Sequence record: MW822007.1
Reading direction: 5' to 3' (one strand)
Source of the DNA: Escherichia phage BF15
Length of the DNA stretch: 64,000 nt
Positions 1 to 12,200 of this stretch are shown piece after piece (position 1 is the first letter of the stretch; each line of letters begins with the position of its first letter). Below the pieces are notes generated by a model. The model saw only the letters and a list, made by a program, of their open reading frames with translations, was not told the DNA's origin and searched no databases. The position numbers were made by a program, and so were the translations under genes.

Positions 1-287
1 ATTGTATTCTGTCGTTTAGCACCAGTTTGTTTAAAGTCATGATTGTCGATTTGATCGGTACGAGCAACTCCGAATGATGATTTAATCTTAGCTTTAGATC
101 CTTTAGTTATAGAAATAAACATCTCGGAAGACCCTTTCTTAAAGTCCGATGCGGATACTTCAACGCCGTTCTTAGCAAGTGACCTCAGAATTGCCTCCGC
201 GTACTCATCATCAAGACTCGCTTGAGTATTAATAACGAATGTCTTTGGTGCAGCCGCTTCATTGATAAATTCTTTGAAAGTTTTCAT
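1..287 (-). CDS. internal-protein-like capsid-targeted protein (partial; 3' end lies beyond window start)
   Basis: Minus-strand ORF with ATG at 287..285 preceded by SD AGGAA; N-terminus MKTFKEFINEAA resembles the T4 internal-protein capsid targeting sequence; absent from ORF track because truncated. Confidence 0.6.
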   Translation of the reverse strand, partial: MKTFKEFINEAAAPKTFVINTQASLDDEYAEAILRSLAKNGVEVSASDFKKGSSEMFISITKGSKAKIKSSFGVARTDQIDNHDFKQTGAKRQNT

Positions 288-298
288 TTTATTTTCCT
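250..298 (-). repeat. repeated leader module (RBS + capsid-targeting N-terminus), copy 1
   Basis: About 45 nt nearly identical to 589..632 (gcttcattgataaattcttt.aa.gttttcattttatt). Confidence 0.8.
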
Positions 299-317
299 AA
301 TTAATTTTGATGAGATA

Positions 318-347
318 ATAGTACAACAACCCTATTTAAAAGTAAAC
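318..347 (-). promoter_or_regulatory. T4 early-type promoter (GTTTAC-N18-TACTAT) for partial IP-like gene
   Basis: Minus strand reads GTTTAC (342..347), 18-nt spacer, TACTAT (318..323). Confidence 0.45.
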
Positions 348-620
348 TCATTTTAAATAAATTGCGTATTTTTTATAACCCGCTGACTCATGACGAAGAC
401 CCTTATCATTAGCAAAACGCTCAATGTTGTTAATTTGATTCTGGTCAAGTTCAGAGATGTCAAACACGAAAAAGTTACGTTTGTTACCAACTGTTACATA
501 GTCAGTTAAATCAATATCATATAGGTAATTGATGTCAGCAATCAAAGTCTTGACAGCTTTGCTAATTTTTACTTTTTCGTTAAAAGCAGCTTCATTGATA
601 AATTCTTTAAATGTTTTCAT
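348..620 (-). CDS. internal-protein-like capsid-targeted protein (about 90 aa)
   Basis: ORF track 348..632 begins at a TTG; ATG at 620..618 with SD GGAG gives MKTFKEFINEAA, the same leader as the neighbouring ORF; position next to 57B matches T4 ipI. Confidence 0.6.
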   Translation of the reverse strand: MKTFKEFINEAAFNEKVKISKAVKTLIADINYLYDIDLTDYVTVGNKRNFFVFDISELDQNQINNIERFANDKGLRHESAGYKKYAIYLK

Positions 621-632
621 TTTATTCTCCAA
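589..632 (-). repeat. repeated leader module, copy 2
   Basis: Direct repeat of 250..298 with about 4 mismatches. Confidence 0.8.
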
Positions 633-656
633 TCACTCATTTGTTTTGATAGGGTA

Positions 657-686
657 ATAGTATCATAACTAAAACCCCATGTAAAC
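657..686 (-). promoter_or_regulatory. T4 early-type promoter (GTTTAC-N18-TACTAT) for IP-like gene
   Basis: Minus strand reads GTTTAC (681..686), 18-nt spacer, TACTAT (657..662); same architecture as 318..347. Confidence 0.45.
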
Positions 687-698
687 AGCTTTGTGAAA

Positions 699-1395
<697 letters not shown>

Positions 1396-1396
<1 letters not shown>

Positions 1397-2121
1397 TATA
1401 GTACCTTTAGTGTATTTTTAATTTTAGAAAAAAGTTCTTCAAGAGAACCATCGTTTGTAATTACTAAATCACCATCACGAATTGGCAATCCAGCTTCTGT
1501 AATATGTGTATCATTGGATTTTTGACCAGGACGAACTACATGAATTACTGTAGCACCCATCGCCCTAGCCGCATCCATTTCATGATCTTGACGAGTATCA
1601 GGAACGATATAATAATCATAACCTGAGTTAAATTTATCAAGATAATCTAAAGCAAATAATTTTACCCAATACATGCGGTCGAAGTTATTAACAATCAAAT
1701 CCGTACCTAGGGCTTGCATCAGACGACGGACTGACCATTGGTCTTCAATATTATTTATAACGTCAATAATCTTGTTACATGCTACGGAATCAACTGATTC
1801 TTGTCCTTCGTCCTCAAAAACACACACACCCTTAATTGGGCTTTTACCGTTAAGATAGCAAAATGCTTGTTCCATAATCGTGATTACTTCTGATTTAGTC
1901 AGATTTAAATTAGTCTCACGATCATAGTCAATTCCTTCAAACTCTTTGCGAGTTAAGCAAGGATAGTCAGTGTTTGCTGCAAATACACCCCATGCATAAG
2001 CCAATGCATCTTTAATAGGACCAGCAAGTTGATATTTAACTGCAGAATAATTATTCATGATAAAATCTGCAGTAGTATCTTTTCCACTACGCTTTACACC
2101 ACTTAAAAAGATTAGTTTCAT
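1396..2121 (-). CDS. 1: deoxynucleoside monophosphate kinase
   Basis: 241 aa, P-loop GVKRSGKDT; length and synteny match T4 gp1. Confidence 0.9.
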
Positions 2122-2170
2122 ATGTTTCTCCTCAAATTTAGTTAAGATTATAACACATGAAACTGAAGCA

Positions 2171-2701
2171 TTAAACTTCTGCTATAATTTTACCATCTTT
2201 TTCTACTTGAAAATACGTATAAGGAATCGTTGCTGTACATACTAAAGCTGGGTCTGAATCTTCCGTGTAGCTAAATTCTACTTCAGACAGGTCAGAAACC
2301 CAAGGCTTATAAAAATTTATTGACATCACGATTTCAGTTTTACTGTTATCTAAAATGTAAAGCGTAATGTACTCAGGACCTGTTTTTTGGGCAGTATTTT
2401 CACCTGTAAGATAGTTGCTAGTTCCTAGCATCCATTCATACATTCCTATCCACGACTTAAGTTCTTCATCAACTATAAATCTCACAATGAGTGGGTCGTA
2501 CTCAAATGTAACTCCTGGACGCTGTGCTCGGCCTAGTCCAAACGGCCCAGTCACGGTATCAGTAACAGGTATCCTAATTCCCGGAATAGGAACTGACTGA
2601 GCATTTAAAGTAAAAGCAGATGTAGTATTACTATGTGGTATTGATACTACAAAGTTAGTTGTATTTGCTTGGTTAAAAATTTGTTGTAGTGCTTGCGACA
2701 T
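2171..2701 (-). CDS. 3: gp3 tail completion / sheath stabiliser
   Basis: ORF track ORF is 203 aa from an upstream alternative start; internal ATG giving MSQALQ... yields 176 aa as in T4 gp3; synteny 1-3-2-4. Confidence 0.8.
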   Translation of the reverse strand: MSQALQQIFNQANTTNFVVSIPHSNTTSAFTLNAQSVPIPGIRIPVTDTVTGPFGLGRAQRPGVTFEYDPLIVRFIVDEELKSWIGMYEWMLGTSNYLTGENTAQKTGPEYITLYILDNSKTEIVMSINFYKPWVSDLSEVEFSYTEDSDPALVCTATIPYTYFQVEKDGKIIAEV

Positions 2702-2807
2702 ATATTCCTCATAATGCTTTATAAATGTTGGTGGTATAATGGGTCTAAGTCCCTTCCATTCAATTCCAATTAGAACAAACAATAGAAAAGAATGGAAGAT
2801 AATAGAA

Positions 2808-3632
2808 TTAAATATTTGACCAGACTTTGTTTGCAGAGAAACGTTTTCCTTTTGAAACGAACTGCTGAAGTGGCATTAACACAACGTTCGCCCAGTCTTT
2901 CGGGGCGATTTCAACAAGACTACCCATGATATTACCAGGTATATATGCCTTAATCATTTGGTCTGCACCCCTAAATCCTTTCACTTGACTCCAATCAATT
3001 TTTAATTTCGTTTTATTAGTAATAGTAGGTGTATTTGAATATTGCTTTAAAAGCTCTTCTAGAAATTGCTGACGAGCTTTAGGTGGAATATAGTGCAAGT
3101 TCAATCCGTACATTAAATTATGTTTACCTAAACCGAGGTAAATTATCAAAGGAAATTTATCCCAATAAGGAAGAGTTTCCTTGTGTTTAGCATCATAAGC
3201 AAAAGCATATATTCGTCCCGGCTGCGGGCGAACAACTTTATGTCCTTTTACCTGCTTAATAGTTTCAGCAAACCACTTTCTGGTTTTATTATTAATTGCT
3301 GCGCCTTCATTACGAATTTTATCACGCAACGTTTGCCTAAATGAATTTATCATAAGCAGTTGTCTTTCTTGCTTATTGAGTTTATTCATTGGTTTTGATT
3401 CAAGCTTTTGAATCTTTTCAGCCGTTTTAATTCCTGAAGCATATTTTGACATTGCCGAAGTAAACGTAGAATATTTAATTCCTCTTTCTTCAGCAAATTG
3501 CTTTCCTGTCATTCCTTTTGCTTTGGCCTTTTTGTATTCAAGACCTATCTGAATCCATTTCTTTTCGTTTAATGATTGCTTAACCTTTGGAACTTGGGGA
3601 GTGCTTTCATTAATTATTTGAAAAATAGCCAT
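2808..3632 (-). CDS. 2: gp2 DNA end protector protein
   Basis: 274 aa basic protein; length and synteny match T4 gp2. Confidence 0.85.
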   Translation of the reverse strand: MAIFQIINESTPQVPKVKQSLNEKKWIQIGLEYKKAKAKGMTGKQFAEERGIKYSTFTSAMSKYASGIKTAEKIQKLESKPMNKLNKQERQLLMINSFRQTLRDKIRNEGAAINNKTRKWFAETIKQVKGHKVVRPQPGRIYAFAYDAKHKETLPYWDKFPLIIYLGLGKHNLMYGLNLHYIPPKARQQFLEELLKQYSNTPTITNKTKLKIDWSQVKGFRGADQMIKAYIPGNIMGSLVEIAPKDWANVVLMPLQQFVSKGKRFSANKVWSNI

Positions 3633-4084
3633 TATGCCCCCTTAAAGCCAAGAGCTCGTAATCCATCTTCTGTTAGAATTCTAAATTTTATTCCACGCTT
3701 TTCAGCTAAAGATTGTGCTGCTTTCCATTTGTCAGTATTAACGGAATATGTATAAATTTCATTCATAAATCTTTTCTTCGCTGCGGTTGTTAGATGTGCT
3801 GGTTTAACTGGTGGTTGTGTTTCTTTTTTAGGTTTTATTTCAATAAAAAATTCTTGTCCAGAAGAATCTTTCATCCAAATATCCATGAAGTATCTACGTT
3901 TTTTCCCTTCTGCATTACAAAAATAAGGAATTACTGCTGTTTCACTACCCCATGCAATAATTTCTGGATTTTTATCTAACCATTCAAAAAAGAATTTTTC
4001 CCAATTTGATCTATACGTAATTTTTTTAGGGTCACCTCTATATTTTGATATATTTTTAGGAACCCATTTTCCAGAATATGCCAT
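3632..4084 (-). CDS. 4: gp4 head completion protein
   Basis: 150 aa; length and synteny match T4 gp4; late promoter motif upstream. Confidence 0.85.
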   Translation of the reverse strand: MAYSGKWVPKNISKYRGDPKKITYRSNWEKFFFEWLDKNPEIIAWGSETAVIPYFCNAEGKKRRYFMDIWMKDSSGQEFFIEIKPKKETQPPVKPAHLTTAAKKRFMNEIYTYSVNTDKWKAAQSLAEKRGIKFRILTEDGLRALGFKGA

Positions 4085-4095
4085 TGGATTCTCCT

Positions 4096-4103
4096 TATAA
4101 ATA
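4096..4103 (+). promoter_or_regulatory. late promoter (TATAAATA) for gene 53
   Basis: Exact TATAAATA 28 nt upstream of ATG 4132. Confidence 0.7.
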
Positions 4104-4110
4104 GATAATA

Positions 4111-4118
4111 TATTTATA
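4111..4118 (-). promoter_or_regulatory. late promoter (TATAAATA on minus strand) for gene 4
   Basis: Plus strand TATTTATA, 26 nt upstream of minus-strand ATG at 4084. Confidence 0.65.
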
Positions 4119-4131
4119 AACAGGAGGGCCC

Positions 4132-4722
4132 ATGCTCTTTACATTTTTTGATCCGATTGAATATGCGGCCAAAACGGTGAATAAAAACGCGCCGACTATT
4201 CCTATGACAGATATTTTTAGAAACTATAAAGACTATTTCAAACGCGCTCTTGCGGGATACCGCTTACGTACTTATTATATTAAAGGTTCACCACGCCCGG
4301 AAGAGTTAGCAAATGCTATATATGGAAATCCGCAGTTGTATTGGGTTTTATTGATGTGTAATGATAATTATGATCCGTATTATGGATGGATTACTTCACA
4401 AGAAGCTGCTTATCAAGCATCTATACAAAAATACAAAAACGTAGGTGGAGACCAAATAGTATATCACGTGAATGAGAATGGTGAAAAATTTTATAATTTA
4501 ATATCATACGATGATAATCCGTATGTTTGGTATGACAAAGGCGATAAAGCTAGAAAATATCCTCAATATGAAGGAGCACTGGCTGCGGTCGATACGTATG
4601 AAGCTGCTGTTCTTGAAAATGAAAAACTTCGTCAAATAAAAATAATAGCAAAATCAGACATCAATTCATTTATGAACGACCTTATACGTATAATGGAGAA
4701 ATCTTATGGAAATGATAAGTAA
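4132..4722 (+). CDS. 53: gp53 baseplate wedge protein
   Basis: 196 aa; synteny (divergent from gene 4, upstream of gene 5); TATAAATA late promoter 28 nt upstream. Confidence 0.85.
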   Translation: MLFTFFDPIEYAAKTVNKNAPTIPMTDIFRNYKDYFKRALAGYRLRTYYIKGSPRPEELANAIYGNPQLYWVLLMCNDNYDPYYGWITSQEAAYQASIQKYKNVGGDQIVYHVNENGEKFYNLISYDDNPYVWYDKGDKARKYPQYEGALAAVDTYEAAVLENEKLRQIKIIAKSDINSFMNDLIRIMEKSYGNDK

Positions 4723-6433
4723 TAACCTCAACTGGTTTGTTGGTGTTGTTGAAGATAGAATGGACCCATTAAAATTAGGTCGTGTTCGTGTTCGTGTGGT
4801 TGGTCTGCATCCACCTCAAAGAGCGCAAGGCGACGTAATGGGTATTCCAACCGATAAATTGCCATGGATGTCAGTTATTCAACCTATAACTTCTGCAGCA
4901 ATGTCTGGAATTGGAGGTTCCGTTACTGGACCAGTAGAAGGAACTAGAGTTTATGGTCATTTTTTAGACAAATGGAAAACTAACGGAATTGTCCTTGGTA
5001 CTTATGGCGGAATAGTTCGCGAAAAACCTAATAGACTTGAAGGATTTTCTGACCCAACTGGACAGTATCCTAGACGTCTAGGAAATGATACTAACGTATT
5101 AAACCAAGGCGGAGAAGTAGGATATGATTCGTCTTCTAACATTATCCAAGATAGCAATCTAGACACTGCAATAAATCCCGATGATAGACCGCTATCAGAG
5201 ATTCCAACTGATGATAATCCAAATATGTCAATGGCTGAAATGCTTCGCCGTGATGAAGGATTAAGACTAAAAGTTTATTGGGATACTGAAGGATATCCGA
5301 CAATTGGCATTGGCCATCTTATCATGAAGCAGCCAGTTCGTGATATGGCCCAAATTAATAAAGTTTTATCAAAACAAGTTGGTCGTGAAATTACCGGAAA
5401 TCCAGGTTCTATTACAATGGAAGAAGCGGTAACTTTATTTGAACGTGATTTAGCTGATATGCAACGTGACATTAAATCACATTCTAAAGTTGGCCCAGTT
5501 TGGAAAGCAGTTAATCGTTCTCGTCAAATGGCATTAGAAAATATGGCATTTCAGATGGGTGTTGGCGGTGTAGCTAAATTTAACACAATGTTAACTGCTA
5601 TGTTAGCCGGAGATTGGGAAAAAGCATATAAAGCCGGTCGTGATTCATTGTGGTATCAACAAACAAAAGGCCGTGCATCCCGTGTTACCATGATTATTCT
5701 TACAGGCAATTTGGAATCATACGGTATTGAAGTGAAAACGCCAGCTAGGTCTTTGTCTGCAATGGCTGCTACTGTAGCAAAGTCTTCTGACCCGGCTGAC
5801 CCTCCTATTCCGAATGATTCGAGAATTTTATTCAAAGAACCTGTTTCTTCATATAAAGGTGAGTATCCGTATGTTCACACAATGGAAACTGAAAGCGGTC
5901 ATATTCAGGAATTTGATGATACCCCTGGGCAAGAGCGATACAGATTAGTTCATCCGACTGGAACGTATGAGGAAGTATCACCATCAGGAAGAAGAACAAG
6001 AAAAACTGTTGATAATTTGTATGATATAACAAATGCTGATGGTAATTTTTTGGTAGCCGGCGATAAAAAGACTAACGTCGGTGGATCAGAAATTTATTAC
6101 AACATGGATAATCGTCTTCACCAAATAGATGGAAGCAACACAATATTTGTGCGTGGCGATGAAACCAAGACAGTTGAAGGTAATGGAACTATCCTAGTAA
6201 AAGGTAATGTTACTATTGTAGTTGAAGGTAATGCTGACATTACAGTTAAAGGAGATGCTACCACTTTAGTTGAAGGAAATCAGACTAATACAGTAAATGG
6301 AAATCTTTCTTGGAAAGTTGCTGGGACAGTTGATTGGGACGTTGGTGGTGATTGGACAGAAAAAATGGCATCTATGAGTTCTATTTCATCTGGTCAATAC
6401 ACAATTGATGGATCGAGGATTGACATTGGCTAA
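4706..6433 (+). CDS. 5: gp5 baseplate hub / cell-puncturing spike with lysozyme domain
   Basis: 575 aa; central lysozyme-like segment (GYPTIGIGHL); C-terminal VxGxxxxx beta-helix repeats; length identical to T4 gp5. Confidence 0.95.
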   Translation: MEMISNNLNWFVGVVEDRMDPLKLGRVRVRVVGLHPPQRAQGDVMGIPTDKLPWMSVIQPITSAAMSGIGGSVTGPVEGTRVYGHFLDKWKTNGIVLGTYGGIVREKPNRLEGFSDPTGQYPRRLGNDTNVLNQGGEVGYDSSSNIIQDSNLDTAINPDDRPLSEIPTDDNPNMSMAEMLRRDEGLRLKVYWDTEGYPTIGIGHLIMKQPVRDMAQINKVLSKQVGREITGNPGSITMEEAVTLFERDLADMQRDIKSHSKVGPVWKAVNRSRQMALENMAFQMGVGGVAKFNTMLTAMLAGDWEKAYKAGRDSLWYQQTKGRASRVTMIILTGNLESYGIEVKTPARSLSAMAATVAKSSDPADPPIPNDSRILFKEPVSSYKGEYPYVHTMETESGHIQEFDDTPGQERYRLVHPTGTYEEVSPSGRRTRKTVDNLYDITNADGNFLVAGDKKTNVGGSEIYYNMDNRLHQIDGSNTIFVRGDETKTVEGNGTILVKGNVTIVVEGNADITVKGDATTLVEGNQTNTVNGNLSWKVAGTVDWDVGGDWTEKMASMSSISSGQYTIDGSRIDIG

Positions 6434-6467
6434 TATACTTCCAATGAGCGCTGATTTAGGAGAATCC

Positions 6468-6962
6468 ATGGAAGGTTCTTCTATCGACGTCACCTTTACC
6501 GCTCAATTAGAAACGGGTGAAACGTTAGTATCTATAAATATAACTAGTTACGAAGAAACTCCTGGGGTTTTAGTAGAAGAAAATCGTTTATATGGAACGT
6601 ATGAATCTGTATTTGGATTTGGAAATGACGCATTGAAATATCGTTTAGATAATGAATTTAAAACTGCTGCTTCATGGGAAGACCTTCCAACTGATTCTAA
6701 TACTCAGTTATATCTATGGAAAGCTCCTCAAAACCTCCAGAAGACATTCACTTACGAAGTAACATTAATATATGACTACCAAGAACAAAGTGAATCTGGA
6801 GGTTCTGGCAGTAATTCTAGGTCATCTTCTGATACTACTGAATCAACGGATCCTCCTGCTCCAATAAGAAAAACTCTTGTTAAAAATTACACAAAAACTA
6901 TAGTTGGAAATTGGAGCCGTTGGGCTAATAAATTGAGAAGCTACGTATATGAGAGGCAATAA
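6468..6962 (+). CDS. 5.1: gp5.1-like protein (start uncertain; ORF open from 6405)
   Basis: ORF between genes 5 and 5.4; ATG at 6468 is preceded by AGGAG; earlier in-frame starts at 6408 and 6444 cannot be excluded. Confidence 0.6.
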
Positions 6963-7255
6963 TGTCAGGATTAAGTTATGATAAGTGTGTTACTGCTGGC
7001 CATGAAGCATGGCCTCCAACAGTTGTGAATGCTACACAAAGTAAAGTATTCACTGGAGGAATTGCTGTTCTCGTAGCAGGTGATCCAATTACAGAACATA
7101 CAGAAATTAAAAAGCCATATGAAACACATGGCGGAGTGACACAACCTAGAACTTCTAAGGTATATGTCACTGGAAAGAAAGCTGTTCAAATGGCTGATCC
7201 AATATCATGCGGTGATACTGTGGCTCAGGCATCATCTAAAGTATTCATTAAATAG
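6962..7255 (+). CDS. 5.4: gp5.4 PAAR-repeat spike tip protein
   Basis: 97 aa, same length and position as T4 gp5.4; Cys/His-containing small protein. Confidence 0.8.
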
Positions 7256-7263
7256 GATTCAAA

Positions 7264-9246
7264 ATGGCAAATACCCCTGTAAATTATCAATTAACAAGAA
7301 CAGCAAATGCTATTCCCGAGATATTCGTCGGGGGTACATTTGCTGAAATAAAACAAAACCTCATTGAATGGCTTAATGGTCAAAATGAATTTTTGGATTA
7401 TGATTTTGAAGGCTCAAGATTAAACGTTCTGTGTGACCTTTTAGCTTATAATACATTATACATTCAGCAGTTTGGTAATGCTGCTGTGTATGAAAGCTTT
7501 ATGCGTACTGCTAACTTACGAAGTTCAGTTGTTCAAGCTGCACAAGATAACGGATATTTACCTACTTCAAAATCCGCTGCGCAGACCGAAATTATGTTAA
7601 CATGCACTGACGCATTGAATAGGAATTACATTACTATTCCTCGCGGAACTCGCTTTTTAGCATATGCAAAAGATACTTCTGTTAATCCATATAACTTCGT
7701 TTCTACCGAAGACGTTATTGCCATTCGTGATAAAAATAACCAATATTTTCCGCGTTTAAAATTGGCCCAGGGACGTATAGTAAGAACTGAAATCATTTAT
7801 GATAAATTAACACCTATTATCATTTATGATAAAAATATTGATAGAAACCAGGTTAAATTATATGTCGATGGAGCGGAATGGATTAACTGGACGAGAAAGT
7901 CAATGGTTCATGCTGGTTCAACATCAACGATTTACTATATGCGTGAAACTATTGATGGAAACACTGAATTCTATTTTGGTGAAGGTGAAATTTCTGTTAA
8001 TGCTTCTGAAGGAGCTTTGACCGCTAATTATATCGGAGGTCTTAAACCTACTCAGAACTCTACGATTGTTATTGAATACATCAGTACTAATGGCGCTGAC
8101 GCGAACGGAGCAGTCGGATTTTCATACGCAGATACATTAACAAATATAACTGTCATCAATATTAATGAAAACCCAAACGATGACCCAGATTTTGTTGGGG
8201 CAGATGGCGGCGGCGATCCAGAAGATATTGAGCGTATTCGCGAATTGGGTACTATTAAACGTGAAACCCAGCAACGCTGCGTAACTGCGACCGACTATGA
8301 TACATTCGTTTCAGAAAGATTCGGTTCTATTATTCAAGCGGTTCAGACTTTCACTGATTCTACTAAGCCTGGTTATGCATTTATTGCTGCTAAACCTAAA
8401 TCAGGATTATATTTAACTACTGTACAACGTGAAGATATTAAAAATTATCTCAAAGATTATAATTTAGCTCCTATTACACCATCAATTATTTCTCCTAATT
8501 ATCTTTTTGTTAAGACTAATTTAAAAGTCACATATGCTTTAAATAAGCTGCAAGAATCAGAACAGTGGCTAGAAGGTCAAATAATTGATAAAATTGATCG
8601 TTATTATACCGAAGATGTAGAAATTTTTAACTCATCTTTCGCTAAATCTAAGATGCTGACATACGTAGATGATGCAGATCATTCTATCATTGGCTCATCC
8701 GCGACAATTCAAATGGTACGTGAAGTACAAAACTTCTATAAAACGCCTGAAGCGGGTATTAAATACAATAATCAAATAAAAGATCGTTCTATGGAATCTA
8801 ATACGTTTTCATTTAATTCCGGACGAAAGGTTGTAAATCCTGATACTGGTTTAGAAGAAGATGTATTATACGATGTTCGTATAGTATCAACAGACCGAGA
8901 TTCTAAAGGAATTGGTAAAGTTATTATTGGTCCATTTGCTTCGGGTGATGTTACAGAAAATGAAAACATTCAGCCATATACAGGCAATGATTTTAATAAA
9001 TTAGCAAGTTCCGATGGACGCGACAAATACTACGTTATCGGTGAAATAAATTATCCAGCTGACATGATTTATTGGAATATCGCTAAAATTAATTTAACAT
9101 CCGATAAATTTGAGGTTCAGACTATTGAGCTATATTCTGATCCAATAGACGATGTTATTTTCACACGCGATGGTTCACTGATTGTATTTGAAAATGATTT
9201 ACGTCCACAATACTTAACTATCGATTTGGAGCCTATATCACAATGA
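7264..9246 (+). CDS. 6: gp6 baseplate wedge protein
   Basis: 660 aa, length and synteny identical to T4 gp6. Confidence 0.9.
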   Translation: MANTPVNYQLTRTANAIPEIFVGGTFAEIKQNLIEWLNGQNEFLDYDFEGSRLNVLCDLLAYNTLYIQQFGNAAVYESFMRTANLRSSVVQAAQDNGYLPTSKSAAQTEIMLTCTDALNRNYITIPRGTRFLAYAKDTSVNPYNFVSTEDVIAIRDKNNQYFPRLKLAQGRIVRTEIIYDKLTPIIIYDKNIDRNQVKLYVDGAEWINWTRKSMVHAGSTSTIYYMRETIDGNTEFYFGEGEISVNASEGALTANYIGGLKPTQNSTIVIEYISTNGADANGAVGFSYADTLTNITVININENPNDDPDFVGADGGGDPEDIERIRELGTIKRETQQRCVTATDYDTFVSERFGSIIQAVQTFTDSTKPGYAFIAAKPKSGLYLTTVQREDIKNYLKDYNLAPITPSIISPNYLFVKTNLKVTYALNKLQESEQWLEGQIIDKIDRYYTEDVEIFNSSFAKSKMLTYVDDADHSIIGSSATIQMVREVQNFYKTPEAGIKYNNQIKDRSMESNTFSFNSGRKVVNPDTGLEEDVLYDVRIVSTDRDSKGIGKVIIGPFASGDVTENENIQPYTGNDFNKLASSDGRDKYYVIGEINYPADMIYWNIAKINLTSDKFEVQTIELYSDPIDDVIFTRDGSLIVFENDLRPQYLTIDLEPISQ

Positions 9247-12200
9247 CAGTAAAAGCACCTTCAGTCACTAGTCTCAGAATTTCCAAGTTATCCGCAAATC
9301 AGGTGCAAGTACGCTGGGATGACGTTGGTGCTAATTTCTACTATTTTGTAGAAATCGCTGAGACAAAAACAAACTCGGGAGAAAATCTCCCGAGTAATCA
9401 ATACAAATGGATTAACTTAGGATATACTGCAAATAACAGCTTCTTTTTTGATAATGCTAATCCATTGACATCGTACATTATTAGAGTAGCTACAGCTGCG
9501 CAGGATTTTGAGCAGTCTGATTGGATTTATACTGAAGAGTTTGAAACTTTTGCTACAAACGCTTATACATTTCAAAACATGATTGAAATGCAATTAGCTA
9601 ATAAATTCATTCAGGAAAAATTTACTCTTAATAATTCTGACTATGTCAATTTTAACAATGACACTATAATGGCTGCATTGATGAATGAATCGTTTCAATT
9701 CAGCCCATCATATGTTGATGTTTCATCAATAAGTAATTTTATTATTGGTGAAAATGAGTATCATGAAATACAAGGTTCTATTCAGCAAGTATGTAAGGAT
9801 ATTAACCGAGTTTATTTGATGGAATCAGAAGGGATTCTATATCTTTTTGAGCGTTATCAACCTGTAGTTAAAGTATCTAATGATAAAGGACAAACCTGGA
9901 AAGCTGTAAAGCTCTTCAATGACCGTGTAGGATATCCTTTATCTAAGACTGTATATTACCAATCTGCAAACACAACATACGTTCTAGGATACGACAAGAT
10001 TTTCTATGGCCGCAAATCTACTGATGTTAGATGGTCAGCTGATGATGTCAGATTTAGTTCGCAGGATATAACATTTGCTAAACTTGGCGACCAATTACAT
10101 CTAGGATTTGATGTAGAAATTTTTGCCACTTACGCGACTTTGCCAGCTAATGTATACCGCATTGCAGAAGCTATTACTTGCACCGATGATTACATTTACG
10201 TTGTCGCCAGAGACAAAGTTAGATACATAAAAACGAGTAATGCACCTATAGATTCTGACCCATTATCTCCAACATATTCGGAACGGCTATTTGAACCTGA
10301 TACGATGACTATAACCGGAAATCCTAAAGCAGTATGTTATAAAATGGATTCTATTGGTGATAAAGTTTTTGCTCTTATTATCGGAGAAGTTGAAACATTA
10401 AATGCTAATCCTAGAACATCAAAAATAATTGATTCTGCTGATAAAGGAATATATGTTTTAAATCATGGCACGAAAACATGGAAAAGAGTTTTTGGCAACA
10501 CTGAAGAAGAAAGAAGACGTATTCAACCTGGATATGCGAATATGTCAACTGATGGTAAATTAGTTTCTCTGTCTTCGAGTAATTTTAAATTTTTAAGCGA
10601 TAACATTGTTAATGACCCTGAAACTGCAGCGAAATATCAGTTAATCGGTGCTGTTAAATATGAATTTCCTCGTGAATGGCTAGCTGATAAGCATTATCAT
10701 ATGATGGCATTTATAGCAGATGAAAAATCTGATTGGGAAACTTTTACACCTCAGCCGATGAAATACTATGCAGAACCATTCTTTAACTGGTCTAAAAAAT
10801 CTAACACACGCTGTTGGATAAACAACTCTGACAGAGCTGTAGTAGTTTATGCTGATTTAAAATACACTAAAGTTATAGAAAATATTCCGGAAACATCGCC
10901 AGATAGATTAGTTCATGAATACTGGGATGATGGTGATTGTACGATAGTAATGCCAAATGTTAAATTCACGGGATTTAAAAAATACGCGTCTGGGATGCTT
11001 TTTTATAAGTCTTCTGGTGAAATAATTTCTTACTATGATTTTAACTATCGAGTGAGAGACACGGTTGAAATAATTTGGAAGCCAACTGGAATATTTTTAA
11101 AAGCATTTTTACAAAACCAAGAGCGTGAAACTCCTTGGTCCCCGGAAGAAGAGCATGGATTAGCTGATCCTGATTTAAGACCATTGATTGGCACAATGAT
11201 GCCTGATTCTTATTTGCTACAGGATTCTAATTTTGAGGCATTCTGCGAAGCATATATTCAGTATCTTTCTGATGGATATGGAACTCAATATAATAATTTA
11301 CGAAATTTAATTCGTAACCAATATCCGCGAGAAGAGCACGCGTGGGAATATTTGTGGTCAGAGATATATAAAAGAAACATTTATTTAAATGCTGATAAAC
11401 GTGATGCTGTTGCAAGATTTTTTGAATCACGTAGCTATGATTTTTATTCTACTAAAGGAATTGAAGCATCATACAAATTTCTTTTTAAAGTTCTTTATAA
11501 TGAAGAAGTTGAAATTGAAATTGAATCTGGAGCTGGTACTGAATATGATATAATCGTTCAATCTGATTCTTTAACCGAAGACTTAGTAGGACAAACGATT
11601 TATACAGCTACAGGAAGATGTAATGTTACTTATATAGAAAGAAGCTATTCTAATGGTAAATTGCAATGGACCGTAACTATTCATAATCTTTTGGGAAGAT
11701 TAATTGCCGGTCAAGAAGTTAAAGCAGAAAGACTCCCTAGTTTCGAAGGCGAAATTATTCGCGGGGTTAAAGGAAAGGATTTGCTTCAAAATAATATAGA
11801 CTATATTAATAGAAGTAGATCATATTATGTAATGAAAATTAAATCCAATTTACCTTCTTCCCGCTGGAAATCTGACGTTATTCGTTTTGTTCATCCAGTA
11901 GGATTTGGATTTATAGCAATTACCCTTTTAACAATGTTTATTAATGTTGGTTTAACTCTTAAACACACAGAGACTATAATTAATAAATACAAAAACTATA
12001 AATGGGATTCTGGATTGCCTACTGAATATGCTGATAGAGTAGCCAAATTGACTCCAACTGGTGAAATTGAGCATGATTCAGTAACAGGCGAAGCAATTTA
12101 TGAACCTGGCCCAATGGCTGGTGTAGAATATCCTCTTCCTGATGACTATAATGCTGAAAATAATAATTCAATATTTCAAGGTCAATTGCCGTCTGAACGA

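Noticed and set aside
6971-7189. Minus-strand ORFs (72 and 64 aa) within gene 5.4
   Set aside because: Antisense to the conserved PAAR-like gene; no expression signals
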